Shown piece after piece: positions 43,907 through 56,965 of a DNA stretch of 64,000 nucleotides. The notes under the pieces were generated by a model. The model searched no databases. It was not told the origin of the DNA and saw only the letters and a list, made by a program, of their open reading frames with translations. A program made the translations under genes and the position numbers. The DNA comes from Eledone cirrhosa. Taxonomy: Eukaryota. The stretch is from contig OZ024745.1 of NCBI GenBank assembly GCA_964016885.1, forward strand, positions 39,804,001 to 39,868,000, given 5' to 3'. Position 1 is the stretch's first letter; the number at the start of each line of letters is the position of its first letter.

Positions 43907-46470
43907 GTATATTATTGAATGTTTAAACATCACTTGCAACACAAACAAGAATATCGTATACATCATTAGCTTCATCAAGCAGTTATCGGATGCCAGCACA
44001 TCGGTAAGATGAGCATTGCATCTTGATAACCCTGTTACTAATAATTACATATATAACGAAACAAATTACGAATTAAGTATTTAATCTATATATAAGCGGA
44101 GGTGTTTCTCTCTTTCACTCACTCTCGCTCTCTCTCTCTCTTTCTCTCTTTGTTGGTGTCGGACATACGTAGATTTCTAATCTAAACGCAGATATCTGTG
44201 ACCAGTGTGTAACAAGGCCGGTCTTTTGATTTTAAGGCATGACGCATTTTTCCAGCTAAATTGACAGGATCAACCATACGTTTCTTAAAATCCCTCACAA
44301 TTTGATTCATATATTTTCATAAAAACAAAACATTACATGCATACACATAGGCATATATACTGACAACCGCAACGAAATAGGTAAACAATTACATCATTGG
44401 CAGTATTCATTGAAATTATAATTGAAACTGTTTTGGTGCAACATAAACATCTATTCAGTATTTAAACTACGAAATACAAGTACCTATTTTTATTATTTTT
44501 TAAAATAGTTCATGTGATATCAAGATAGATTCCCCAGAAATGTTTTTTTTTTTACCTCTACCCCACTAGCCCCATAAAATAATAATGGGAAAATAAAGGC
44601 AAGCAGACAACTCCTTTTTAAGGAAAAATATATCCCGAGACATAAATTTGAAAGCCTGAATAACCAGCGTCCCTGTGGCATTCATTAGAATCTGCAACTC
44701 ATATAAAAATGCAGTATGTCTTTATCTCACAGATATATAACTTTGAACATACTAAGCCTGCTATCAATTTCCATGAAATGAATCACAGTAACGTTGTAAT
44801 AATCAACAAAGCACTACCAAATATTATTATATGAGTTGAGAAATTAAGAAATTTCACGGTTCTTTAAATAATTTACGCTATATTCCATTCGCAATTAATA
44901 CAATTAGAATTATGAGAATTTTCTTCTGTCAATACATTGATAGTTCGCCAATAAATAATGAATATGTTTTTCGAGCATATTGCAATTTTAAAATGTATAA
45001 GAGTTATATAGTATTCTGACGCCGCATCTGTAAACTTAAACACATGTGTATGTTTATTTTGGAAATAAATTCTAAACCATGTTGATTTAATGAAGAAGTA
45101 TTGCGCATTTTCTAAACCTAATAAGTGTAATTATGTTTTCAATAATAATTAATAACTTATTATTTGATAGGAGAAACCAGTCTTACACACAAACATGGAC
45201 GAAAGAGAATGTGTCATTTTCTTGAAAACAAATAGTGTTGCACTTCTTGTTGCTGCAACAACTCTATGTTAATGATAAGTCAGTTTTAGAGAAAGTTCAA
45301 AATCGATGTAGTACATCAGGTGGACAAGAAAAACACATTGCAATATATTGTAAAACACATTGCAATATTCTAGTCACTTGTAATGAAGTTCGTTATACTG
45401 AATGTTAGTTATTACAAATAGTTGATGTATTGAACTTGCACTGATTGACGAAAAAAAAAAAAAAAAGAGGAAAAGTAAAATTTCCATTTCAGTTATCAGA
45501 AAATATTGTTTAAGTTTTTATTCTGCTTTGGGAAAAATTACTAGCGTATATTTTTTAACAAACAAATATTAAACCTCGGAATAAAAAAGGGACACACAGT
45601 GGTTAAACAACAAAAGTTTCTCAGAGATAACACTAACTCACAATTTTATATTATATTTCTATTTAACATATCGGTGTTTATACTTCTTTAATCAGTTCTT
45701 TGATATTAGCAATAATTAAAATTTTATGCAAATTTCACAACCAAATTTTGTTTAGTTCTCTATGAGTGAGACTGTATTATGAATTGATACATGGTATTAA
45801 TATATCTTGGGCAGGAAATGTCAAACGATCTTTGATGAGGTTTCATTGAAGACGAAAACGGATTGTTCTCTTTTCATGATCACGGAAAGATAAAATTGTA
45901 CGGCGTATTTTTTTTAAAGATAAAGGGTGTATGTATATGTTTTTATGCGTGAGCGTATGTATAAAGGTGTATGTGTACATATGTGAGTTTGTGTGTGCCT
46001 ATGTGTATGTATGTGTGTGTCTGCGCGTTAGTGCAAATATCTACTAAGATTAAATGCTCTTGTGTTTTTGTACGTCACAAGAAGTGACTGACCAAAGAAG
46101 GGGTGGGGTGATGAATAAACTCCACAAAACGGTTTGCGTGTGTATATGTTTAGCGAATTGGCTACACACATTGGTTGTTATGACTATGTGAATGTTTGTG
46201 TGTTTGTGTAAAATGTATTTATATATAATATTTTAGTGAGTGTATATGTGTTTGTGTATGTTTATTTAGAAAGATACATAGACAATAGAATTACGGACAT
46301 GCGCATTTATACATACATATATATATATAGACAGACACAGAAAAATAATTATTACATACGCACATATCTATGTCATGAGTTGCAAGGGAGGGGGTGTGAC
46401 AAAGTATAGAACATATATATAAATGTATACATATAAATGTATACATATGCACACACACAAACATACATAT

Positions 46471-46524
<54 letters not shown>

Positions 46525-47650
46525 TCACACACATATATGTGTGTCTATGTAATAATTATGAGAGTACTCAAGAAGGAATGTGGAAATTACTTGTATTCAA
46601 AATGCATGGCAAATCCCACGCAATTATTCGCCATCCTGTTCATCTCCCGCAGGAACAGCCCGTCTGTTTTGAGGAGGGATAAGAAGGACGAGCGTTAGAA
46701 AGAGCTGCGGAACGCAATACTCCTGTAACAGCATGGTTTTTGTCCAACAAAAATGATGAAAATGCAAGACACTATCTATATGTAGACATTACTTATCATT
46801 ATGTATACAATAAGAAAAGGACGCAGTGGACTCCCAGACAACCTGGAGCTGACAAAATCAAAAGTCGAATGTATTCTGTCAACCCAAGTATCAGGAAAGA
46901 TTTTACATGTGACTTTTATTGCTGCACGTTAAAGGAGCTCGAAGTTTCGAAGAACTGAAAACGTTTTCAGGAGGTCATATGCGGCAGTTATAAAGAAGCA
47001 GCATAGAAGATGCTTAGAAGAGGCTTCTTCGTCAAAGATGCCAAAGCAGCTCCCGCAGCTGTTTGCACTCATTTGCATTTTCAATAATCCAGTCAATCCT
47101 GACGTACTGTTCAACAAGTTTGAAGACTTCCTTAGACACCACACTAGAAATATCTCAGTACAACTGGCTTTACGAGAAATTGAAACCACATTGTCCTTGC
47201 AAGGTTTGACATGTCGAGAGTCGATATGCCTTTGATGAATACCCAGAATGTAAAACAAAACTAGGATAATCTTGGAGTGGAAGCACAAATTACGTCTTTG
47301 ACAGAAAATCATCGCTGTATGTTTGATCACATTGTCACAGCGATAGATTTCCTTGGTGGTACAGGAAATACGTGCTTCTACAATACCTTCATATCGCATT
47401 TGAGTCGTCAACGAAAGCGTGTTCTCTCAATTGATACAAAAGGCATTGCGGCTGATCTATTGCACAAAGGAATAACTGTATACAGTAACTTTAAGCTCCC
47501 AGTCACTATCTTGGAAAAGTCTACATCACTAAGGAAGATTCCATCTGTGCCATGAAAAATTAAAATTAGCTGTCCTAATAATAATTGATGGGGCATCAAT
47601 GTGTTCAGGAAATGCTTTGAGGAACATTAATCTACTGCTAAAGGAAATAA

Positions 47651-47750
47651 CTGTCTACGTTTGGCCAGCAATTACCCAGTGCATTACTGGTACTTTATTT
47701 TATCGACCCCGTAAGGATGAAAGGCAAAGTTAACCTCGGGGGGATTTGAA
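47651..47750 (-). mobile_element. 5'-truncated SINE A inside the Helitron helicase
   Basis: TSD CTGCT(A/G)AAGGAAATAA at 47635-47650 and 47751-47766. Removing it restores NLLLKEIISCHKPFGG. Confidence 0.9.
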
Positions 47751-48203
47751 CTGCTGAAGGAAATAATTAGCTGCCACAAGCCTTTCGGCGGTAAAGTTCT
47801 CCTTCTTGGAGGGGACTTTAGGCAAACTGCGCCGGTGGTTCTGAGAGAGTCAAATGCGGCTATAATTGAACATTCTATCAAATATTCTCCGCTGTGTGCA
47901 AATGTGACAAATATTTACATTAACAGAGATTATGCGAATAAATGGACAAATAGAATTCAATGCATGGCTTCTGAGCGTAGGAAATGAAACAGTGACTAAT
48001 GATGTGGGCTAAGGTAAAGTTCTGTCAGAAATACCGGAAACCATGATATTATCTAGATAGAAATATCATAAGAGACGCATTTTGGCGAAGATATTTCAGT
48101 TGTAAATATCTGAGATACTGATGAAATTTCGACAAAAATTATTTTAACACAAAAAAACAAAGATTAAATCGAAATGAATACCAAGAGATTATTACTTCTA
48201 GAT

Positions 48204-48391
48204 ACGCGGTGGATTGGCAGTGTCGGTAGAGAGACGGACACCATGCTTTGAAGCATATAGTTACATCCCTTTTTGATCTGAGTTCAAATCCCGCCGAGTT
48301 TAACTTTGCCTTTCATCCTTACGCGGTCGATAAAATAAAGTACCAGTAATGTACTCGGTTATTTGCTGGCCTTGTGCCTAAAATAGAAACA
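48204..48391 (+). mobile_element. Full-length SINE A with perfect 16-bp TSD
   Basis: TSD ATTATTACTTCTAGAT at 48188-48203 and 48392-48407; A box TGGCAGTGTCGG and B box GAGTTCAAATCC. Confidence 0.92.
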
Positions 48392-49324
48392 ATTATTACT
48401 TCTAGATGGAGACTTACTGATATATCAGAGTGAGAGATGTTGGTTGACGTAAGTGACTAGAATATCATGAATGATCCAGAAGGGGTTTTGAATCCGTTGA
48501 TATCGTCAGGCATACACCCATACAATCTAGAACTGACGAAAAATACCATCGGGAACTCGCTGAGAAGTTTGGTTCCTGCTAATGGCTTGCTGAATGCTGG
48601 TCGATTTTTTTTTCTTCTAATGAATTTAATATTCATGCAAAAATCGACACCAGACATGTTATTCTTTTTTCGCGCGCGCGCGCAAACGTGTGTGTGTGTG
48701 GTGTGTGGTGTGTGGCGTGTGGTGTGTGGTATGTGTGTGTGTGTGTGTATGTGTGTGTGTGCGCGTGTGTGCGCGTGACTGTTTAATTTAGATATCGTAT
48801 TCGTAGGTCGACACAAATATTGCCCTTTCTCATTTTTGTTTATTCCATATCATGTTTGTTTTCCTTCTATCCACATTTACTGAGCATGCAACAGAGAAAA
48901 CCGAGCGATTTGGTATCGTTTGTTTACTTTAACACTCTTACATACCCGTCTTTTCTTCTTCTTTTTCTTGTTCATCCATCTCCTCACACCACCACCACTA
49001 CCACTACTACTACTACTACTAAAATATGCACGTGTTTACTATTACATTTTATTTCATTATATTTAATTTAATTTGGTCTGTCTCTTTATATCTGTTGCGA
49101 TTTTCTTTATTCATTTTGTTGTCTTCTCTTCTAAAGTAAGAAATTCAGAGTAAAACGATAGAAGACAAAGATTATGTAAATGTGGTTATTAATTGTATGA
49201 ACGTCAAATGTGGCACACTAATACCATGATGGGTAAAGACAGAAAAATATGGCACAACATCATCAGTAATGAATGCAGCAATAGCAACAGCGGCGACAAC
49301 ACAGCAGCAGCAACAGAAATAGTA

Positions 49325-49547
49325 ATAAGGATTTTTACATTTGGCACAAAGCCAGTAGTTTTGTGGGAGGGGAAAGTCGATTAAATCGACCCTAGTGCGT
49401 TACTGATGCTTTATTTTATCGACCCCGTAAGGATGAAAGACAAAGTTAACCGTGGCGGGATTTGAACTCAGAACATAAAAGGGTCATAAATCTATGCTGC
49501 AAAGCATGATGTCTGACGCTCTACCGATACTGCCAAACAACCGCCCT
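49325..49547 (-). mobile_element. SINE family A
   Basis: Full core, with B box and 5' head GGGCGGTTGTTTGGCAG on the minus strand. Confidence 0.85.
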
Positions 49548-49840
49548 CAATAGTAATAATAATAATAATGATTTCATTTATTGGCCACAAGGGCCGACAT
49601 ATAGGGGACAATACAAAATACTGGGATAGTGAGGTTTTACAGTAAAATCGAGTAAACAATATGAATAACAATAACAAAGTAACAATAACAAAATATCAAT
49701 AAAGTAACAATAAAATTACAACAAGAAAAAATTCCCCAATGACCACCTAGGGTTCGCTGAGGTACCCCACCAGTCCTGAACGGCCCGACGCTTCGAGCGC
49801 ACCCTGGAAGAGCACCCCTCTCCTCCTCAAATTTACCTAC

Positions 49841-52800
49841 CTACAGCCACATGACCAGGGTAGGCCCACTCCCACGGGCCATTCTCGCCACATTCACCCA
49901 CATTTCAGCAAATGTACTGGAGGGAAGCACTTCTCTCTCCACCCTCACCTTCCTTTCCAAGTGAAACTTGAAAAAGTTGATGAAGGATTGGCCGAAGAGA
50001 AAATTGTCTGTCTTCAGTCCTTTCAACCTCGTCCACCATACAACCTCTTTCGCTACTACCACCAGACAGAGGAAAATTGCTTCCCCTTCCTGGGCAAAAG
50101 AAGGTGGCGGGTCGATCTTCACTATGGACTCGGCCGATAGCCGGATCCGTTCTACACGCGTCAACAGCTGTTCAACATAATTCCACAAGTCAGTAATGCA
50201 CGGACACCGGACGAGTGCGTGTAGAACGGTTTCGTCGCTCTGCGCGCATCTCGGGCAGGTCCGTCTGACAGCACTTCCGTGCCTGTAGAGTTTATCTCGA
50301 ACCGGCAGTGCCCACCGGTACCATTGCCAAGCGAGGGTTTTTTGGAAATTATCCATCGTGCCCGGCTCGAAAGTTCTCCGGTTCAGACTGGTTAGTTCGA
50401 CTTCGTTGACTCCCAGAGCCTCTCCGAGTGCGTCGTCGCACTTGCCCACCACTAATCGTCTATAGAACTCGAGAGTGGAAGTTTCACTGACGGCATTGCC
50501 TGCCTGGTAGAGGGCAGTGAGTGCCTGGCAACATTCCAGACGCCAGTCACCCAGTCTCGGTCTCTTCTTGACCCAGGACTGCAGCTCAGTCAAAGAAACG
50601 AGCTGCTGAAAGGCCCGTCTGACAAACGGCGAGCAGACCTGTTCACCGTTTAGGCAGAATATCTGGAGATGCCGCAGCCTCAGCGCGTGCCTGCGCATCA
50701 TTAGCCACGGCATGCCCAGCCCTCCACGTAGAGGGTGCTGGCAGCAGATGGACCGCCTCACCAGCGGATGACACCTCCACAAGAATTTGAAGAGGAGCCG
50801 CTCCAAGATGGCGAGGCGCGAAGGCGCGAAGGAACGACGGTCAGACGGTAATAGATGACGGACGCGACGTACGCATTCGCCACCTCCGCCCGACCTTTCA
50901 GTGATAGCTTCATCCCAGCCCATTTCTGGGTGAGACTGGCTACCCAGCCCGTCACCTCGTCCCAATTCTTATCCACCTGGAAGTCTGGCCCGAACCCAAC
51001 CCCTAGCAACTTCAGCGGTCCGTCCGTCCAGCGCCTAACGACGCTGTTGGACGGCATGGACTTGCCTCTCCAGGTGCCGAGTTGAGAGCCCACCGACTTT
51101 TCCGGGTTAAGTTTTGCTCCCGTCAACCTTTCATATTCCTCCAATAAGTTGCCGACCACCTCGATTTCTGAGGTGTCAGACACCATCACGGTGATGTCTT
51201 CCGCATAAGCCGACACAGCCTTTCCGCGTCCCGATTCGAGCGGAATGCGTTTCAACAGCTCCAGCTTCCGCAGTAAAGGCTAGAGAGTCAATACGCACAG
51301 AAGGGAGGAGAGAGGGCACCCTTGACGGACCGATCGAGAGACTTGAAAGGGTTCCGAGATGTGGCCATTTATTTTGACCATCGAGCAGGTGCCGCTGTGC
51401 ATTGCAGCGATCCAGCTTCTGAAGACGGGGCCGAAGCCAGCCGCCTTGAGGACAGCCTCCAGCTACCGATGGTCGACCCTATCGAATGCTTTCGATTGAT
51501 CTAAATTGATCAGAGCCCCACCGAAGCCAGGTTTATATCCTACCCTCTCTATGATGTATCGCATTAGGTGGAGATTGTCGTGTATGGGATTGCGCAAGTT
51601 TGCGCCTCCCCAACCAAATCCCCGACGACAAGCGCTAACCTCTTCGCTAACACCCTTGCCAAAATCTTAAACTCTGTGTTGAGCAGAGTTATGGGCCTGA
51701 AATTGTCTAATGTGTTCCTCTTGTTCTCGTCTTTCCTTATCAGCGTCACTACGCCCCGGCTCACAGAACTGGGAATACTCCCGTTTTGCTGCCAGTTGCA
51801 GTTGAGGGCTTCGAGGAGATTGGAGAACAAGTTTGGCATATTTACGTAAAGCTCGTAGGGCAGACCATCCAAACCGGGTGAATTGCGCCTCATGCAGCCG
51901 ACAAGGGCATCCTGAATCTCGGCTGAAGTAATTGGCCTTTCGCAGCGCCCAGCGTCAGCCGTCGAGAGTTGCGGCAAGCCATTGAGGTAGGGACTGAAGT
52001 CCGCCACCATCTCTGACCCCCGAACAACCGAGCAAAATGTTGGCGAAAGGCCTCACACATCCTCTTAGAATCGCTCAGGTCGTGCCCGTCTAGGTCCGTC
52101 AAAGACCGAATCGTGGTTCTATTACCACGCTGCGCCTCTGTCACGCGGGCCCATCGAACAGCTTTGGTTCCCTCGTTTCTCAGAGCACGCACCTTTGACA
52201 ATGCAACCTGCGTGTTTTGCATTGAAGAAATGGTCTAATGCCATTCTCGCCGCTAGCACGTCAGTTGCAATGCCACTACCAATAGCCTCGTCTAACTTAT
52301 CTACCAACTCTCACTCCTTTCTATTTTTCTCTAATGCTACTTCTTTGCTAACTCTATCGACATTACTGTCATCTCTCTTTTGAGAGCCCCCACACCATCT
52401 ATTGTTGACGACTCCCCCTGTCAACGTTTTCTTAACTAAATTGTTGACCTGGTCCCTGTAAGCCTTACGTGCCGGAAATGACATGTTTAGCTTCCAGTAA
52501 CCAGGTCCTAACCATACAGATCTCAAACGTGTGATCTGAATAGGCGACCGTTTCAAAACGTGCAGAGCTTACACTATTTCTGTCTATTTTCCTAATTAAT
52601 ATCCTGTCTATATACGATCTAGATGACACTATGCGGTTAGCCCATGTTCACACTGGCGCATGAGGGAAATCTACTCGGTACCTGTCAGACAGTTGGCACT
52701 GGCTGATCAGGTTCTTGAGGCTTTTGCACACCCCGCTCCTATCGGATACTCCCACACAGTCCCAGCGTGCGTCTAATATGCCGTTCCAGTCCCCCGCTAA

Positions 52801-53211
52801 CAGTAAAGGGCGAGACGTACACAGAAAGCCTTCCAGGCGTCTAAAGAAGTCAGGCCGTCCTGCCCCAGTAGGAGCATAGACGGCCACCAGTCTAAAGGCA
52901 CCACCTTCGTTATTGTTCACGTCCAGGACAACCAACTTCCCGTCCTGGTCCCGGAATATCGACCTTACCTCGAGTTCCAGGCCTTTCCTAAACAGCACTG
53001 CCACCCCTGCTCCCATTCCCGGCCGGCTAACAGATGCAAAGATCTGATAGTCGTCGAAAATGGGGGCTAGTGCGCGCGTGTCGGAAATCCTGGTCTCACT
53101 AACGGCAATTACATCCATTTCTATAGACCTGAGGTCGTTGAGCAGGTGACCCTGCTTCCAGGACGATCCCAGGCCTCGAACATTTAAACATCCTACTCTT
53201 AATACGGCCAT
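49841..53211 (-). pseudogene. LINE ORF2 (APE endonuclease, reverse transcriptase, zinc finger), frameshifted
   Basis: CLNVRGL, VSET, AVYAP, AGDWN, GPGYWKLN, SPGLDGLPYE, NFRPITLLNTEFKILA, catalytic YADD altered to YAED, and CPRC..DETVLHALVRC. Confidence 0.92.
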
Positions 53212-53242
53212 GTTGCCAGGTTAAAAAGAGAGATAAGAAGGT

Positions 53243-54384
53243 TTACTTACCTTCCGGGCTCTTGTGAAGGTCAGGTTGTTCGACCTCCATAGTTGGTGGG
53301 GCTTCTTTTGGGAACCCCTTTAAAAGTCTTGAAGTGGGTTTTACGTTCGGGGTTCCCACGTCCCGAGGAAAGCTGTCTCGTATTTCTTTGAATATTCGCA
53401 CCAGAACCAAATCTTCCGGCACGCGAAATGTGCTCGATTTAAAAATGTCCCCCTCATTTTATATATTTTCACTTCGTGCTACGAGGGCCATCAGTTCCTT
53501 GTTGGCCCTCCTGACGAGCATGAAGTTTGTATGTTGATTTTATTTGTTTGCGGGGCTGTGGTGGTGATGGTTTTGGTGGTGTTGTTTCGGTTGTATCTGT
53601 GTTTGTTGTGAGTGCGGTGTCTGTGGTTTCAGATGTTTGTGTGTATATTTGTTCTTGCATCTGTTTAGGTTGTTTGCGTTTGGGGGATTCTGGTGATGGT
53701 GATGGTGGTGTTGATGTTGGTGTTATTGGAGAGATGTGTGCGTGGGTGGTGTCTGCGTTTTTTCTTGGGGGTGATTTCGTGCTTTGTTGAGTTTTTTTTT
53801 TCTCAGCGCGACTTCGACATCTTCTTGTGGAATTAAAGCTGTCCTTTTGGTTGGTGCTGAGATGCATCTATAATGCACCGTTCTGCGCTCCACTGCCTCA
53901 ATAGTTTCTACCGGGACAGTTAAGTTGGCCCAGGTTTGCTCTTGCTTGATGAGCTTCCATGCCTGGGCCAACTTTTCATCTTTGTTTGAGAGGTCCATGT
54001 TGAAACATGGCCTCTTTTTTGCTGCTGCAGCAGCGAAAATGTTCTTCTTGTTTTCGTTGGGGTGTTGTTGTTAGCACTGTCGCTGTTATCATTGTTGTCT
54101 TTGTTGCCACCGTTGTTCTCGGTGCAGTTGGTATTGTTGCTGTTGGTGTTGTCGCTATTTTCATGTTAGTGGTGTTGATATTGTTGTTGCATTTGTTATT
54201 TTTTTTTTTTGTTATCTGTATTTTCGTTGTTGCTCTTACTGGTATCATTGGTGTCTTTGTTTACCTTGTTTGTGGTGGTGTTTCTGTTATCAATGTGTGT
54301 TAAGTTCGCTGTAGCGCTCCTCTCAACTTCTACGTCGTTGTCGCACGACAGCCGACATATCGCTGGGGGGCGTGGCTCAGCCAT
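53243..54384 (-). pseudogene. LINE ORF1, frameshifted, Thr/Asn/Pro-rich
   Basis: ORF pieces 54384-54196, 54248-53976, 53998-53723 and 53867-53469 are joined by frameshifts, mostly in poly-A runs. The last frame ends HKSPEGK* at 53243, 31 nt before the ORF2 ATG. Confidence 0.6.
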
Positions 54385-54590
54385 GTTTTTTTTTTCTTCG
54401 TAAATTTTTTAACATGTAAAAAAAGTTCAAATATTTGGGCTGAAAGGCCAAAATATTATACTTTCCTCTTCACGGGGCAAAGTCTAAGGGCTTATATCAC
54501 TTACAAAACAAGAAATATTTAACAACAAATAATTTTAACAGGCAAATAAAGCGACTTACTGGGAGCGAGCAAAATACGTCGGCTTAGACC

Positions 54591-54620
<30 letters not shown>

Positions 54621-54623
<3 letters not shown>

Positions 54624-55002
54624 TTCTACTATGGTCACAATTTGGGGGAGGCGAAACATCGATCTAATTGACCTCAGTGGATTACTGGTGCTTTAATTCA
54701 TGAACCTGTAAGGATAATAGGCAGGATTTGAAATCAGAATGCAAAGAATCGTACCTCTAGGCCAGGAAACTTTAATAATATATTATACCCAATGTAATAC
54801 TGAGATGGCACGTAATAAAAATAAGATGAATAATGCTTATAATGGTTTCTTATGAAGGCACAACGCCAGTAATTTTGGGGGAGGGAAAAGTCGATTAAAA
54901 AGACTGGTACTTTATTTGATCAACCCCGTAAGGATGAAAGGCAACATTTTTTGCTGCAACGCATGGCGTCCAACACTTCACAGATACTGCCAATTCACCG
55001 CC
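54621..55002 (-). mobile_element. Two decayed SINE A copies
   Basis: Copies at about 54621-54765 and 54839-55002. Confidence 0.7.
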
Positions 55003-55618
55003 CATCTGCTTATAATGGTAATGATAATAATGATGAGGATAATGATTATAACGTTAAAGATGAAGATGATGATGTTGATATTGATGATAATAATAACGAT
55101 GATGAAAATAATTGTAATAAATTATAAATAGTTCAAACAATGAAATTAATTAACTTCGTAATAGATAATGTATATGTAATGTCATGTAAAGAAAACAATT
55201 CAAATGTATTCATGTTGCGGGTTAAATGTTAACTAATAAAATAAGGTTTGTATGCTAATCTTTATATTCAATAACAGTCAAATTGACCTTTGATGAATGG
55301 TAGTTATTTTATGAGAAGTTACTTGCTGTTGCTATTATTATCAGAACAGAGCTGCTATTTTTGTTACTATTCTTGTTCCTGTGTTTGCTACTTTCATTAT
55401 CATTGTGGGTATTATTATTGGTATTGTGTAAAAGCAGCATATCCGAAAGTTTAAGATGTTTGATAAACAAAGATAAGATCCCAGGATCTATCGTACTGCG
55501 TGGTATCACTTATAAAATTAATTTGCTGTAGCCTCTGTTCGACCAGAGCATTGTGTATTAAATTTTGTTAGATCTAAACCGTTCGGAAAACTACTCAATG
55601 GACTGTAGTTAAACTACT

Positions 55619-55934
55619 GATTTCGAAAGTAGGTTTATAATTATTAATGTTCCTTATACTTTTGTAGCTGTCTCGGTCGCTTAGTTGGAGAAGTCATAGC
55701 CGGTAGTGATACTGGTGTGAAGTTCGATCCTAGTCGGGAGTAGGTTTCCCGGTAAACCTATTCGGTTTTTTTTTCTATGGGATGTAAAATAAAAACTAGA
55801 GACGAGTGCATGCACTTCTCAACCAGGATTGAACTAAAGACAAGGTTCTCTGCCGTATCTAGTACCTATCGAGAGTCCACTGAGACAGCTACGAAAATCT
55901 GCTGAAAATTCATAATTATATATCTACTTTGAAA
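55619..55934. mobile_element. Palindromic MITE-like element with two inward-facing tRNA-like heads
   Basis: Imperfect terminal inverted repeats of about 60 bp; B boxes GTTCGATCC (+) and GTTCAATCC (-). Confidence 0.55.
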
Positions 55935-56207
55935 ATGTTAAATGCAAAATGATATGGTGTCGTGCATGTCTTTCTTAATTTTTTTGTTCATAATTAAATT
56001 GATTTCTAAATCATTTGGGTGTTCCATAAACTACAATCCCGTTTGTGTTTCTCATCTGCCTATACCTGTAATCAATGTTTCATTTCTGTTGCACCTCATT
56101 TCTCTCTTTGTGATATTTGAATCTACCTTATTCATATATATGTTTTTGCATGTCAGTTAGATTCAAACTTACAATGATTGATATTATATATATATATATA
56201 TATATAT

Positions 56208-56965
56208 ATAAAAACAAATAACGAAACGAAATTAAATTTCGTTTCGTTTGTAACTCACTTTTGTATGACTGACGCTTAAACAATTAAGTTAAAGATGTAC
56301 ATCTATATATGTATACTGAAATACTAGTATGTATATGAATACACACACGTATACATATGTAGATGTACCAAGTTTTTTCACTGGTCACTTTACTGTGAGT
56401 GGCCAGCTATTCTGTATGTAAACACACAGACAAACCGGTTTTTAGAGTCATACTGGTTTTTGAGGAAACACCTTTCCTCTATTCTCCAGAAAGCCAGACA
56501 AGGAATATTGAACTAGTTTCGTTGTTGTTACAACTCATCAGCAATATTTACCTATCTTCCGGCCTCTCTAGAGAATCGTAAAAGCACATATCGTTATATG
56601 CTTTTTCTATGATAATTAGTAGTGGGCAGACTAATTTGCATAGAGTGTGAGTAAGTACCGGTTCAACGGAGACGATAAAAACAAATAACGAAACGAAATT
56701 AAATTCGTTTCGTTTGTAACTCACTTTTGTATGACTGACGCTTAAACAATTAAGTTAAAGATGTACATCCATATATGTATACTGAAATACTAGTATGTAT
56801 ATGAATACACACACGTATACATATGTAGATGTACCAAGTTTTTTCACTGGTCACTTTACTGTGAGTGGCCAGCTATTCTGTATGTAAACACACAGACAAA
56901 CCGGTTTTTAGAGTCATACTGGTTTTTGAGGAAACACCTTTCCTCTATTCTCCAGAAAGCCAGAC
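56208..56965 (-). repeat. Inverted arm (about 1.6 units) of the 467-bp array
   Basis: Reverse complement of about 56969-57727; it starts at a (TA)n tract. Confidence 0.95.
56504..56548 (-). ncRNA. Type I hammerhead ribozyme (inverted copy)
   Basis: Exact reverse complement of 57387-57431. Confidence 0.85.

Larger units (their letters stand above)
46555..48605 (+). mobile_element. Degenerate Helitron Rep/Pif1 helicase region
   Basis: EGMWKL..HGKSHAIIRHPVHLPQEQ; TAWF..N..DENARHYLYVDI; MPKQLPQLFALI; KGIAADLLHKGITVYSNFKLP; KPFGGKVLLLGGDFRQTAPVV; LNPLISSGIHPYNLEL...LRSL...GLLNAGR. Multiple stops and frameshifts. Confidence 0.9.
49570..54590 (-). mobile_element. Near full-length Tx1/L1-clade non-LTR retrotransposon (inactive)
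   Basis: 5' UTR, broken ORF1, ORF2 with APE, RT and CCHC domains, AATAAA at 49582-49577, and (ATT)n on both sides. Confidence 0.9.

Noticed and set aside
44600-44830. Possible minus-strand Helitron C-terminal remnant
   Set aside because: Translation gave no convincing KSQGQT/HGQLYVA motifs.
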